Part shown: piece after piece, positions 40,050-54,500 of the stretch
Layout: every line of letters starts with the position of its first letter
Position numbering within the stretch: the first letter of the stretch is position 1
Assembly: GCF_040938485.1 (NCBI RefSeq)
Contig: NW_027270942.1
Coordinates: 2,728,001 to 2,792,000 of the forward strand
DNA length: 64,000 bases
Origin: Diadema antillarum
Taxonomy: Eukaryota
Reading direction: 5' to 3'
The notes under the pieces: generated by a model
Seen by the model: only the letters and a program-made list of their open reading frames with translations
Told to the model about the DNA's origin: nothing
Database searches by the model: none
Position numbers and translations under genes: made by a program

Positions 40050-41785
40050 TTAAGTGAACTTTCCACATCGAATCTCGACTGCAGTGACAGTCATTTGAGT
40101 TATGGAGATTTATTATTCTTATACGAGGGACCAGATTATCAGATTGTTGCTTCATTCCTCCCTATAACAAACGTATAGACAAACGCACGCACATGCATGT
40201 GCACACACTCACACAACGAAGTATCGATGGACTATTGCATCCTAACGAACTTTTGATTTCCTTCAATGAGAGTCTGTCAGTACAGTAGCCTTCTTTTTAG
40301 GCAGTTATTAAAAAATCATCCCACAGTGATCAACATTACTGTGTAACTTCATGCAATTTATCACAAAAAAAAACACGCACCTAAACACGCACATTTACAC
40401 ATTGTGTGCAATTGCATTCTATTTTCTTTTCCACTTATTCTCTATTGCCTTAAATTTGTACTCATTTTATAAGAAGCTCACACTGTGACACAAACGAAAT
40501 GAGAAAAACATAGTGACAGTAAAAGTCGTAGTGCAGGATTTCAAAAGTATACTGCTATATTGCAATTTCTTTTATTTCAAGTTCAAGTTCAAGTTCAAGT
40601 TGATTTATTTCATTTCCAACAAACAAATAATTAGAAATACAATGAGACACTCGTATACACAGATGTCAGGAAATCAGTACCACAATGCGATGAACAGAAT
40701 AACATTGTAAAAGAGCTAAAGGTAAATTATCAACAGAGATACAAATAACTGTTACGTCACTGTGGTAAAGGCAGAAATAAAATGGCTGGAAATGGAGGGG
40801 ACTGCTAAAAAGCAGAGTTTGTAGAATGCAGTCCCCTCATAGAGAAAAATATATAATTGCTTAAAAAAACAATTTCCCTAGACGGTAGTAAAAAAAGAAA
40901 GAAAAAAAGACAGAGTAATACACACATACTTGCACAAATAAGGACGCACATTAACAAACACAAGGCGGCTCTCTTGTAAGGAAAGATTGATGAGAGGATA
41001 GAAAGATAGTGAGGAAGGTAGTGATTCCGAGGTAGACATGGGGGGGGGGGGGGACAGGAGAGGGAAATGGTGTTATATCATTGAATCACCTAAAAGCAGA
41101 GCAACGCCTTTAATTTCTCTTTGCATAAACACTAAGGCTAATTAAGTTGGTACATTCCACAGTCCATCCGTATTAAATCTCATCCGTTGACGGGAAGTTA
41201 TTTTCCTCACTTTCGCAGAAATAGTAATAACAATGATAATAACTTTGGAACTGAAGATAATCTTTCTGCCCTTGATCCCGATATCTCTTGCTACGTGGAG
41301 GCTTTCTTTCTTTTCGAACTATTGAAGAGAACATAAATTTTTTTCAAGCGCATTCAAGTCAGTGGAAAAGAACATTTATATAATTATGGAGTGATTGCAA
41401 GAAAGCACCCAAGTATCGTATTATCAAGTTTAAAGATAGCTCTATGATTGACTTGTGTTGACAAAACGGCATATCCAGCTAAGAAAAAGCAAAATATAGA
41501 ATTCTGTTTTTTGGATAATACAAACTATAATTAGAAGTGCTCCGAAAGCGCGAACCTCTTCCATGGCGATATTAGAGGGTGATCAAAAATGAAGAACCGG
41601 CAAACATCTTTTCCAAAGACCTTTATATTTGATCATGATCCGGATCACCAAAGAAAAATTAGCAAAACTCGTGCATAACTTTTAGAGTTATATTATTAAC
41701 ATAATGCAGAAAAACAGACGGAGAAGGACACAAGCAATCGGCTTTTTTGTTGGTTTTTGTTGGTGAAGGTAACAATTTCCTTTAA

Positions 41786-42145
41786 AGATGATATAAAGTT
41801 TTGGTACCTCAAAAGTTTCCCTGAGTTTCCTTACTAACACTGAGACTTACTCGCTCCAAAGTGCTCTCATGTCGTAGTAATCATGCAATAATGGTTTCGT
41901 ACAATACGTGTATATTGATTCTCGCGGTACCGCGTCGAGTCAAACTAAACGGCTCGTTCGAATTTTTCAGAGCCCGCTCTGCTCTGGTACGAAACCATTA
42001 TTGCATGATTACTAAGACATGAGAGCACTTCGGGGCGAGTAAGTCTCACAGTGTTAGTTATAATATGAAAGGAACTTTAACCTGAAACACAAACTAAGAC
42101 AAGGAAAATCAGGGAAACTTTTGAGGTAGCAAAATTTCCGTGTTT
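41786..42145. mobile_element. Palindromic MITE
   Basis: Outer arms TTTTGGTACCTCAAAAGTTTCCCTGA / TCAGGGAAACTTTTGAGGTAGCAAAA. Inner arms ACTAACACTGAGACTTACTCGC...CATGCAATAATGGTTTCGTAC and their reverse complement. TTAA on both flanks. Confidence 0.75.
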
Positions 42146-42524
42146 TTAAGATAACAAAATAATGAAAATGCAATTCCACGGATTCAAATCCAGTGATTAC
42201 CCGTAAGTATTTCACATCCACGAACATGTTTGTTATTTTCTGGTTGCGGTCAGCTACACGTTATTCTATTTGGTACCACAGGATCATACAAAAGTGAGTT
42301 AATTGATTTTCTCTTTCATGTATTTTTCTAAATTTCCAACGAAAGCATGTTTATGTATTTGGCTGTTATTTTTTGTCAGATACTAGTAATAAGTACATAA
42401 ATCCAGTGTAATCGTGACATTACAACGTACAATAAACGTAAAGGAAAGAGGAAAGTTTCACTCCCACTTTAAAGTGACGTTGTTTGCGAGCCTCTATATT
42501 ATACTTGACAATTGGTGTTGCTCT

Positions 42525-44299
42525 CTACTTGGAAACTGATTTCATGACTTCAAAGAAATTTTTGGCCGCTGTCGACCCGACGCCGTCCACGAAACGCTCC
42601 TTCATGTAGCCGTCCACCCATCCACTGGTCGGGTAGCGTAGGAGCGGCTCCGCGCTACTCAGGCATTTCAAGACGACGTTAGCAACGTCTTCGCCGCTCT
42701 GGTACCTCTCCAGGAGGGCGTCCCACGTTTTTCCGTAGTACGCCCCCATTAGCTGAAAGATTGACAACATTGATATTGTACTTGGGTATATTTAGTATTT
42801 TATGGCAATGATTATTTTGTTTCAATTTTATTTATCTTTTTATTTATTTACTTATTTTTGTACTTGCTGTATTCAAAAGAACTTATGTTATATTGAGAAA
42901 TGAATGAAATTCAATTGAATTAATACTTTGCCTCGTGGTAAATGGGAAAGGATGAATATAGCAGAAGGTTTCACTGAATACTGTCAAATCTATGACCATT
43001 TACGGTAATCTATCAATCTGTTGCAATAAAACAACTCGAAAAAAAAAATCATCAATTTGAATCATATCATTTATGTTTACAGTAACATCTGGCTGTATTC
43101 TTGAAGGGAGCCAACAAATCAATTCATAAATGTCGGAGCTAGAACAGCAGTCAACGAGAGGGGAGAGATAAATATATATAGAGAAAAATAGATTCATTTC
43201 TTATTTTAGGAAAATTGCAATCTTGCTTAATTCTCAGTATAGATCATCTCTAAGCTTACACTAGAGTCACTTGCTAGTGGCACAGTTATTTTTTCCTAGC
43301 TGTATTAAGAAATTAATACTTAGCACGTTCAGTCTTCTAATTTGTTATTCTATCCTCACTGCAGTAATGTTGATTCTTATCTGTTTCATATCCATTTCAC
43401 ATCCGCAGTATGATTTTTTCCATTCCATTATTTTTGAGACTCCATTTCGACACTTCATGTCTACTGACTACTCAAGGAGCAACGCCATGGCAAGCAGAAC
43501 AAGAATTCCCTTCCATTATGTNNNNNNNNNNNNNNNNNNNNNNNNNNNNNNNNNNNNNNNNNNNNNNNNNNNNNNNNNNNNNNNNNNNNNNNNNNNNNNN
43601 NNNNNNNNNNNNNNNNNNNNNNNNNNNNNNNNNNNNNNNNNNNNNNNNNNNNNNNNNNNNNNNNNNNNNNNNNNNNNNNNNNNNNNNNNNNNNNNNNNNN
43701 NNNNNNNNNNNNNNNNNNNNNNNNNNNNNNNNNNNNNNNNNNNNNNNNNNNNNNNNNNNNNNNNNNNNNNNNNNNNNNNNNNNNNNNNNNNNNNNNNNNN
43801 ACAATGACAACAGCAAAAATGAGGAATCGAAATCGGTAATACTTTGCTCGTATCATACTGGCCCACAACAAAATTTATTCAAACGTCCTTACCTTGCCTG
43901 ATGGTGATTTCGGGTCAGCTGATGACGGAGCGACGTCTTGGGTGGCCTCCATTTTGTCGAGGAAATTGGTTTTCACAGGACCCGGGGAAATCGTACTGAT
44001 CCTGAGGAGGTCACGATAAGGTGCATAAAGGAGTCAAACAGCGAGATAAGTTTAAGGCATTTTTAAAAAGAATTCCAAATACCTTCCTGCCACGAATATT
44101 CGATAATTGGCATTGCCATCATCGTAAGCATCATTAATAACCATAACAATTATTGATAGACTGTCTTTATCGTTATAATAATAATCGCAATGATGCTGAT
44201 AATAGTGGTTTATGTGACAATAATAAGAATTATAATGATAATATAAAGAAAGATAATGATACTGATATTGATGATGATGATGATAGATAATGATAATAG

Positions 44300-44355
<56 letters not shown>

Positions 44356-46000
44356 CCAATAATGATATCTATGATTATTAAAAAAACCTAATAACAATAA
44401 CAACAAAATGATAATAATAACGTTCTTAATAATGATAATTCATTATGCAACTGTAGTTTTATTCACCCAGGGTAGTATCTTCAGTATTAGCACTGTCCTT
44501 TTAGAAGTCAGTGCTATTATCATTATCCCAACATTGCCATATATGATCTCCTAGTATCACTTGATCTATTCCCATTTTGTCTAATAGCCATTTAGTTTCA
44601 ATCCACATGGTCTAATCCTGTTTCGTCTACAGCTTGCAGTTCGTCTTATGACCATTTAGAGTCAAATTGCAACTTAGCGTCATTACCAGTTGGTCTACTT
44701 CCAGATAAGCTATGCCCACTTCGTCTAATACCCACCGTTTCTTGGACAAAATGAGAAAAAGTCCAAAGAGACAAAACTGCAATTAGACCATCTAGTCTTT
44801 TGACGAAACGATAAGTATTCAAACTGGACAGTAGTCCAAATGAGAAGAAGACCAAACGGGCATTAGACGAAATTGGTAACAGACCAAGTGGGTTTAGCCG
44901 TAGTGGTGTGTTAGACAAACTGAGAAGTAGACCATCTGATAGTAGACCAAGTGGCAATAAAGCTTGTCAGGTACCCATTTGTACACCTGGGTCGAGAGGG
45001 GGGACAGAATGAGTGACACATCTTGTCCGAGGACGAATATAAGAACGACATGTAGCATCTCCGTATGAAAGTCGAGTCTTGTCCACTATTCCATGTAGTT
45101 CCCCTATGTTGTTTCGCAATACCAGCTAGTACGAATTTATTGTCTTTTCATTTATTTATTCCATTCATTTTCATTTTCAACAAAGATTATGAATATAAGT
45201 GTACAAAACATATAAAAAGAAAAAAATGTATATAATTCTACATGTATCTTACGTGGTGCAACTATTGATGGCAACAATGTCATTCTCTGTTTCCTTTTGT
45301 TTTGCTTTGTTTTGCTGTGCGTTTGATGTTTGAATTGAAATAAAAGTTCATTTAACCCTTTCCTGTTCTGGCAGGACGGCCGTACATTTTGTGCAGGCCG
45401 ATAATAAGAACAATTTTAAGATCAAGAAGTCTATTAGATAGGCAAACTCGGCAACCATTTGAAATTAGGTCGCTTCTGTTCTTCGATTTTTCTATAAGTG
45501 ATGTATCGTCATTGCTTTGTTCCCATTCTGATAACGCTAGAGTATACAGATTAAAATTATAAGCATAAATCACACAATCATGTGCGTACCAAATGTTGAA
45601 GGAACGCAGTTCCGGGTACAGGGTTTCCGAGAGACCCTCCAGAGCAAATTTAGTCGCGGCGTAAACATTGGCGTAAGGCAAACCTTTGCGGGGAAACATA
45701 CGAAGGAAACAACGATGTAGAGTTACTTATTCCATTAGTCACACGCATGTAAAGATCATAATTATAATAATTGTTACTAGTTAGGTTAACTTACTGTAGA
45801 TATTATATGTATGAATGAATGTACATAAGCCTAAATAATGAATATTGATTAATAAATTCAGAATGATTAATAATCCCCCTTCCACACCATACACCCCAAA
45901 CCCTCGGTCGCTGCGTTCCCTCGCTTGCGTCTTCCTATATATTGAATATAATAATTCTAGTCCCACCCCCATCACGGAAAAAAATCCTGCATACAGCATT

Positions 46001-46065
<65 letters not shown>

Positions 46066-46801
46066 ACACAACACAACACAAAGGACCACGATGCACGTTG
46101 TACCAGCACGAGAAACACGTAGACCTGCATCCTTCAAAGGTGCCAAATTATGTAATGAATGGAAACAACATGCTCAATCATCACTTACCAATAATGCCTG
46201 TGATGCTGCTGATGTTAACGATACGCCCTGACCTCCGGACCTTCATGCACCGAATTACTTCCTGAGTCAGCCGGAAAGTCCCAAGGGTGTTGGTATCTAT
46301 CATACTTTTCATATGTGCCATGCTCATCTCTTCGAAAATCCCAAAGTGGCCAAAAGCAGCATTATTGACTGCAAAAGAAGGCAAGGAACGTAAAAACTCT
46401 TAGTGTTCGTATATTGATTTCTTTCACAGTCTCATTAAATAGCATTCAACGTTCGTAATATCAAATTCCCTCATTATCGAGATCTAGCGAAATGTATTTT
46501 CGTTTGCTCCTGCAACCATCGAAGATTACTTACCCAAAACATCGATGCGTCCATCTCTCTTCATGATCTCCTTGACAACCGAGACGATCTGCTCCTCCTC
46601 GTTGATGTCGAGCTTCAGGATGAAGAGTGTACTGTTGAGGGTGCTGCCCGCCGCCTTTTCCAGGTCCCCTTTCTTGGCAAGGTTCCGCATGGTGGCGTAG
46701 ACCCGGAACGACTTCTTTGGATCCTGGGCTAACTTGACCGCAATGCTAAGGCCAATGCCAGAGGAGCAGCCGGTGACGAGGGTCACTCTTGGAGATGCCA
46801 T
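42525..46801 (-). CDS. RDH8: RDH8/HSD17B1-like SDR, copy 3 (about 292 aa)
   Basis: Exons 46801-46534, 46368-46189, 45683-45590, 44001-43893, 42752-42525, GT-AG and in phase. Motifs TGCSSGIG, NNAA, YAATK, PGPV. The N gap falls inside intron 4. Confidence 0.92.
43522..43800. other. Assembly gap (279 N)
   Basis: Run of N. Confidence 0.99.
44308..44352. repeat. (TAA)n microsatellite in a TAA/GAT-rich tract
   Basis: Direct reading. Confidence 0.9.
44550..44958. mobile_element. Decayed element with inverted subterminal TAGACC motif arrays
   Basis: GGTCTA motifs in the left half and TAGACC(A) motifs repeated in the right half. Confidence 0.5.
46002..46060. repeat. (CA)n microsatellite
   Basis: Direct reading. 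Confidence 0.95.
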
Positions 46802-46848
46802 GTTGCTTCTAGTACCGACGCAAAAAGCTACCCTTACCAGAAATTCTG

Positions 46849-46874
<26 letters not shown>

Positions 46875-46881
<7 letters not shown>

Positions 46882-47010
46882 GGGCGTGACTGATATTTCT
46901 GGTGCCACTTCCGGGTTTCATTTCATTGTTTTTCTTTTTATTTCTTTTGTTTTTTATGAAAAATAAAGGGGGGCGTGCGCCGGTTGCGCCCCCCTCTGGA
47001 TCCGCCACTG
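46875..47010 (-). mobile_element. Fragment of the CAGTGGCGGATCCAG-end repeat, just upstream of the SDR copy 3 ATG
   Basis: Ends GCGCCCCCTCTGGATCCGCCACTG, as at about 31148. Confidence 0.6.
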
Positions 47011-47718
47011 CTTACAACTGGAGTAAGAGTGGGGAAAGTGTACATTCTACAGATAAACTGGTTATCCCAACAAAGACCAAGTTGGAACAGTTCTTGCATC
47101 TATGCATAGATTTGAATATCTTGGGGCTGTGTTAAAGAGGCTACCTCATTTTTCAAATACTTTTCTCTCCTTAGAAACGACACCGGACACATCATTACCA
47201 ATGGCTGATATCAGAAGTCTCTATTACTATGTATCTACGTTAAGAAAGAGAATTGAGGATAGCCTAGTAGAATTTGCGCCACTACAGAAGCCTTGCTTTG
47301 ACGCAGGTTTTTATTCAAAATTCGGGCAGCGCTCGTTGCATGATCAAAGATATGTTTGTTTGTTTTTTCTGGTTTTTCTTTTTTGCCTTCTGTTTCAATC
47401 CGTCCAGTTCTCATTTTTCACCAATTCATATTTCATCGAAATTCCACATGAATTCAATGTTATGGCTATAGGGAAGCTTTCTCTGCCATGTGCTCAAGGT
47501 GACTGCGTCTGATGAATTCAAATTGCATATGAAATTGATGTTAGTATATACTGACGGAACTGAATTGAACATTATGCAAAAGTGATCGACGAAACACAAA
47601 ACTGAAAATGTATATCAGCAGATTAGCACTATGCAGGTGTCCTGGGATTGGGATATAATATAATAATGTATCAAACAGATTAAAAAAGTAAATTCGATAC
47701 CAAGAATTAAGTTCTTAC

Positions 47719-47810
47719 CTGAGAGTAGAAAGAGTTATGGGCGAAATATATCAGCTACACAAAATCAGCAATCACCGGGTGAGGCCCAAGTGGTATATCA
47801 GCACGTGCGA
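47719..47810 (-). other. Putative non-coding leader exon of SDR copy 3
   Basis: Donor TTCTTACCTGAG. Body GAAATATATC...TCAGCAAT...AGTGGTATATCAGCA is homologous to 59628-59720. Confidence 0.55.
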
Positions 47811-50800
47811 TGGTGTAACTTCTGTTCCTCAGTTATAGCTGAATTACAATGCAATAGTGAAGTTCATTCGCACAAAATATAAACGCTGCTCCATTTTGCA
47901 TTATCATCATTCGTTATTGACTTAGCGGACTAGCACATTTGCTGACTCACCTCTTCCATTTTCTATTCATATAAGCTGTTGTGACATTCTCTGAAGAAGT
48001 GGGAAAAGATTAAACGAAAATATTTCGAGATTTGGTATTGGGAAAAATAAACATCTAAGCGGCAAAACGAGTGTCTATAGAAACAAGGCGATTGAACTAT
48101 ATCCGTAGGAAGTTGTCACGATTGTAATTTGATGTGGGTCAAAGATTAAGGACCTTACAAAGAGTTTCAAAATTATGGGTTATCTACGTGTAATGTCTCT
48201 TAAGTTTTAATAATCTTTAACTTTAGAAAGTTCTCAACGTCTTCTGAAACTGTATATCCTCTAGTAAACAACAATGATTTTAATTGTCATACATTTCAAG
48301 AAAAAAGATTCAATTTTCGTAATTTCTTCCCCCATTCTTTGAGGGAAAATTAATGGCTGAAAATGGCTGAAATTTCAGTGGATTTGTAATACGATGTTCA
48401 CGTATATGAAGAGATTCATTATTGACGGAATGTTTGAAATGTGTCAATTAGAGTGTACATTCGTCACGATTTTTGTAGCCATGCAGTGTTTGATAATTGG
48501 TCTGTTAGAAATTGACGAATCACCTATCCAGTTCTGTGGGGAAAGTGTGGTAAATCTAAGTAGAAAAGTATTTCATTTTAACAAATGAAGGTACGTATAA
48601 CTTGTGCCAACTCAACCTTTACAATACATACAGATAATTAAGTTTACCGATTAAAATTCCTCAAACTAGACGATATCAATTTTTCAGATAGCAACATTTA
48701 TATTAAAGTAAACAAAAGAATGAAAAAAGTTGCCTTACGCTTTTACGAATCATTTTTCGTACGATGAAAACGTTAATTCAAATCTAACCCCATACCTGCA
48801 ATAACATATCTAAATAACCCAAAGACTCACGTTGGCTCACAAATCCCTAAGAGAATATGGGTCTGATGTATGGAATCTTCTTCCCAATCGTTTGAAGCAA
48901 TTAACATACTTCTTAATATCTTTCAAGAGTTTATGATGAAGGGTAATATTGTCCTTCTATAAACAATTTGTTTCTATATTATATTGATTTTATAAGGAAA
49001 ATGATGTAAAGCAGTGTATTAACACTTGTAATAAAATTAATATATAGTTATTCTAACTTACGATTCCAACTCAGGATAGATATATATTTTTGTTAGTTAT
49101 CAAACATATTGAATTTGGGTTCAAAGGGCGTAAGACTGTTCTCTTGAGCCTCCTTGGACAGATGCTTCAAAATATGCCAGTCATAGCAGTGCAAACATCT
49201 ACCGAGATATTGTTTAGCAAACGTCATGTCCGCAGTCCTCATCACAAGATTATTATGATTGTCTGCATCAGTCCTTATATGTTCTGCTCTCACACCGTAT
49301 GCTAATAATTATTGTCATTCAGCCCAATAGCATTTGGATCCACTTCGCTTTACTCTTCCTGTAAAGGCTGTTATATATCTCATATTTTCATTTCGTCATT
49401 GGTTTCGTCACCAAGATGTTGGGGCAACAAAAGCAACAAATTGCATTATGATTTTCCTACCTTACAAAAAGTGGGCTCCACATAACTCACAAATTGTGCG
49501 ACAGCAAGCCTCCGCTGTATTACGGTATTGTTTGTAAAGTTATCCATGGATCTAGCCTACTAGTATCTCTTCTCCAACAAACGCATAAACATATGCACAA
49601 ACAAACATACAAACGCACACTTTCTATACATATACTAAAAAAAGCACGAGAAAAACGAAAAGGTGCACTCTCCTACAGGAACTGATTTCTTTGGTTGCGT
49701 GAGTAAAGCATTCTATAATAGTGTCAGTGTTTCAAATGTATGTAGTATCAATGGATCGTTCCTATGGTACACTGAGTAAATCTCTCCCATTTGCTTCAGA
49801 TACTGTAAAATGGTACTAAATGTCCCACCTAAAGGCCCATTATTCAGATTTTGTCAATAGAGGGCCTACTGCCCATGGAAATAATTATCCCTTGTGCACC
49901 ACGTATCCTTCACTTGTATTATGATGTGACTGATGTGTGACTTACTACACTTCATTACACAACACGCACATAACTGTTATTAAAAGTGAAAATTTTTCAT
50001 TATTTTATTCAATTATTTATGGGTATTTTTCTCAATCTGTTTTCATAACACCAAGCTCACGAAGTGACACAAACAAAATGAGAGAACATAAATGATCACG
50101 TTGGAATTACTGTGGCATGGTACAAATACTGCTGTACCTTACTTTCTTCAATGTCATGGTGTTCATTCCATTACCTTAAAACTACGATTTACCACATGCA
50201 GATGACAAAGAACTAGCTTAAGCGCTTCAAAATAGTTTTAAAATGTGAGAAAGGGAGAAAAACAACCAACGTAAAAAATGTCAACATAATCAATGTTAAG
50301 AATTATAAAATATACAAAATGTGAACAAGTTTTATCAAAAATCGCTTCTAGCAAACGTCTAGAATAAACCGTCCACAGTTATATGGTTTATTGAGAAAAT
50401 GAGTGATATTTCCTCATATTTGCAACTTAATGCCAATTTGTTATATGGTAAGATGTTTTGTTATACATCTGAGCTACACATTATGCATCAAATGTGATGA
50501 ATGGAACATTTCTTTTGAATCATTGTTCCCAATAATAAACAGTGGCTTTAAAGCTGACGAATGCCTTTAATTGCTCTTTCGAAAGCATTATTAGATGACG
50601 AGTGAGATGTTAACGAGCATATTCCACAGTCCATCCGTAATTCTATGATATCGATGAATGAAAGTATTCCCCTCTCCCACATTTGCAAACAATATTGGTC
50701 AAACTTTCCAACTTCCAGTGGTCCTACTTTCCATCTCGAGATCTCTTGCTGGTTGGGAGTTTTCCACTGGGATTATTTAAAAGAGATAGCAGTGGTTTTT

Positions 50801-51591
50801 TTTTCTTCGAACAGTCTGATGTCACGCTTCAATAACTCTGCCCAAACCAATCATTGTAAAACATTTCTGTAAATCGACTGCCAGAAATAATTCATGTATC
50901 ATGATTATTTCATCGAGTGCGAAGCTGGCTCGATGACTGAATTCTACTGACAAAACACATATCTGGCTTTAAAAAAAAAACAGTTTTTTTTTCAAGTTAT
51001 ACTAAAAGCACTCGTAGAGGGTAAACCTCTACTACGTTCTAGGATAATTAAAGTAATAAACTGGTGCAAGCGTAAAACAGAAAACCCTGCTTAAGGTTTA
51101 TGATATATCATCACCAACGAAAACCAAATCACCTGTCCTTTTTATATTGGACATGATTTTGCTGAAACAAAATATCAAAATTCGTTCATAATTTTTCGAC
51201 TGATAGTGCCAACAGACACACACACACACACACATACACACACAAAACCCAGATTGAGTTAGATGGTTTGTCGAAGTAATTATCAATGTCATTATCATTC
51301 TCATTATGAGCACTATGTGTCTTACAGATGATAAACGGAGATGCGTTATTCAATGGAGTCAACTTATGTCGGTGGTAAGCCAATTAGTATCTCACATGTA
51401 CATTTCTCCTAATGCCACATAACTATCTATTCAGCTGCACGTTTTCTCTTTTATTTCATGGCGTCTCACTATCGTTAGTTTATATTTAAACCGTATCGAG
51501 GGTGACCTTCAATGTGAACCTCTTACGTCACAAATGCTTTTGCCCATATTTGGTAAACTGCCGCTTCTCTACCTGGTAAGCAGTTACGTCT

Positions 51592-54500
51592 TTACTTGGA
51601 AACTGATTCCATAACTTCAAAGAATTTTTTGGCCGCTGTCGACCCGACGCCGTCCACAAATCGCTCCTTCATGTATCCGTCCACCCATCCACTGGTTGGG
51701 TAGCGGAGGAGCGGCTCTGCACTATTCAGGCATTCCAAGACGAGGTCGGCAATGTCTTCTCCGCTTTGGAAATCATTCGTTATCGAGGCCCACAGTTTGC
51801 TTAAGTATGCCGCCATCAGCTGAAAGTTGGACAACATGGACATATTTTTATCATAGCACAAAGGAAAGGTTTTCAGTCACTGACCTGTAATGTACCATTT
51901 AGGTCAGTGGTTTGAATACATTGTATAAAGCAAAAGGTTTCATAGAAAACTATCATAATTCGCATGAATCATATACTCATGTCTACAGCAGCACTGCTGT
52001 CATTTTCTGTCTCAGGCAGAAATTATCGGGAGAAACTAAGAAAGTCACTCTTAAATACTTAAACAACAACAAAAATCAAAGAAGAACTTATAGAGATTTG
52101 GAGGGGAGATATGTCTACATGTACTTTATGTAGAAATGTCGATATTGCTTAAGACACTGCTGCTCAAAGACGCTTTTTTGGATCTGTTTAAGAAATCGAG
52201 AGCTTTAAGACTGGTCTTATAAATCGTTGCTTGCCCTTGCTCTACATGCTAATAACTTATTAAGTCAAATGCATTCACATTCACATTCGCATTGGTTTTA
52301 TCCTTTCCATCATCAACGAGACTATTGAGGGCACATTGCGCTGTTTTTATCTGAAATATATAAACATATAAAGCCGTCTCTGATTGGAAGGGCTCTTTCC
52401 AAACCCTGTTTCTCCACTTTCATAAATAAACCTAAACTAAAAATAATACTTTGGACTTCATTTTGTCGTGTATAATTTATTGTCAACTCAACGAACGCCA
52501 TCGTGGCAAGGAGCGCAGTCATGATGAAGGAGGAGCTTCCATAACAAATTAAGCATAAATATAGCAGTAACGATGATTATCACAACAACGGCTACAATCA
52601 AAACTGAGCATCGAAGCTCATATGATTTATAATGTCCACATAAATAGATACAAACGACATACTTTGGCCGATGGTGAGTTCGGGTCAGTCGATGATGGGA
52701 CATCCACTTTGTTGGCCTCTATGTTGTCCACGAATTTGGTTCGCACAGGACCCGGTGCAATTGAGCTAATCCTGTGAGGGGGAACACAAACACATTGCAC
52801 AGAGAAGACAGATATTGCGATAAAATTAGTTATTCATTGTTATTATCTTTATTCAAAATTCTCCAGCCCAGAACATGTTCAACATCATCAAGTTCACCAA
52901 AATTTTTACAGATGGAACTTGCAACTTTAAAGGTGTAGGTCAATGTCATACTGAAAGCACCTTTAAACGTGCAAAGTTTCACGTCGAAGGAAGGTGCCCA
53001 GTTTCACCTTGAAAAGTGCTTCCAGTGTGTCATTAGTCTGCACCTTTAACCGTGGGAAGTTGAACCTTTAGGAAAATTGCAAAGTGCAACTTTACAGGTG
53101 CTCCGAGAGTGACGTCAGCCAGCATCTTTAAAGATACGAAGTTGAGGTTTAAAAAACAATGCAAGTTGGTCTTTGAACCCAGTGTGACCTTTAGGAAAAG
53201 TGCAAGTTGGACCTTTACTGGTGCTCCCAGTGTGACATTGGTCCGCACCTTTAAAGGTACGAGTGAAACTTTTACGAAACGTGCAAGTTGCACCTTGCAA
53301 GGTGCACCCAGTGTGGTACTGGTCTGCACGTTTGAAGGAGCGAAGTTGCAGCTTAAAAAGTTCTCCCAGTGCGACATTGGTCTACACCTTTTAAGTGCGA
53401 AGTTGAAACTTTAGTGAGGAGTTAGATCTTCAAGGGTGCTCCCAGTCTGACTTTGCTCTGCACCTTTAGACATGCGATGTTGCATCTTTTAAAGTGCTCC
53501 CAGTGTAACATTGGAATACACCTCTTTGCAAAAACCCTTTCTTCTTACAGTGAACGGTAACAATGATGACATCATTAGGCTGCTGTCATACTGTTTGATT
53601 GTTTTTCCGTTATAGTGCTTGTTGGTTTGAACAATTATTCCTTGTACAGTGTGCAACTCACAATGGCCACGCCATCATTCCATTTGCGGTGTATTTGTTT
53701 AGCTTTCCTGCTTCCTGAAGGAAAATCATGCATTATTATTATTGTATGTACTCAACCAGATTTGCCAACCAGATGAAATACAAAGAATACGATCAATTCG
53801 ATTCTTTTACGAAGGACCAATAATCACTGTATGGTTTCAATTATGATTCTGATTAAAAATAGATATGAAAATCAACAGCATTAATCACACATGTTCGTAC
53901 CAAACGTTGAAGCAGCGCAGTTCCGGGTACAAGGTTTCCGTGAGGCCCTCCAGTGCAAATTTAGTCGCGCCATATATAGGCGAATAAGGCATACCTTGGC
54001 GAGGATAGATACGAAGAGAGCAGTTATGTCTAATTCGTCATCCCATCATTAGTTACAAGCAGTATTATGATTATGACAATCGCTTTTACTAGTTATGTTA
54101 TGCTAGATATAGCATGCATGCATGTACACATGCAAATAATAATTCATCATGATTTACATCCCTACCCTTAAAATACGAACAATGTTATTTTAATAATGCT
54201 GCAAATTCTATAACCAAACTCAGAAGCATCTTTCAGCGCGATCTTATAGAGATGGTAAAGTTTTTGTTGAGATGGAGCTTTAGTTTTTCAACTTTTCTTT
54301 GACTATTTTTCAGGATGATGAGAAACCTCTTATGAAATATGAAAGAGGATATCGTTCTAAGACTTCAGAGTTTATTCGATGAAAATTGGTTTCCAAATGG
54401 TGAAATGCTCGTCAGTCTGATAGAGTATTTAAATTGATTATCATTTGCAATCAAAATGTTTCACAATGACTAACTGGATCAGTACGTATAACCATTTAAG

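Noticed and set aside
43271-43901. ORFs spanning the N gap
   Set aside because: Artefacts of undefined bases.
44965-45060. CAGGTACCCATTTGTACACCTGGGT, reminiscent of a SINE central domain
   Set aside because: Too short to assign without a library search.
48600-48960. Possible decayed Penelope-like reverse transcriptase fragment
   Set aside because: Only faint resemblance with several stops; cannot be supported by eye.
53033-53414. 101-114-aa ORFs in SDR copy 4 intron 3
   Set aside because: Products of the degenerate tandem array.
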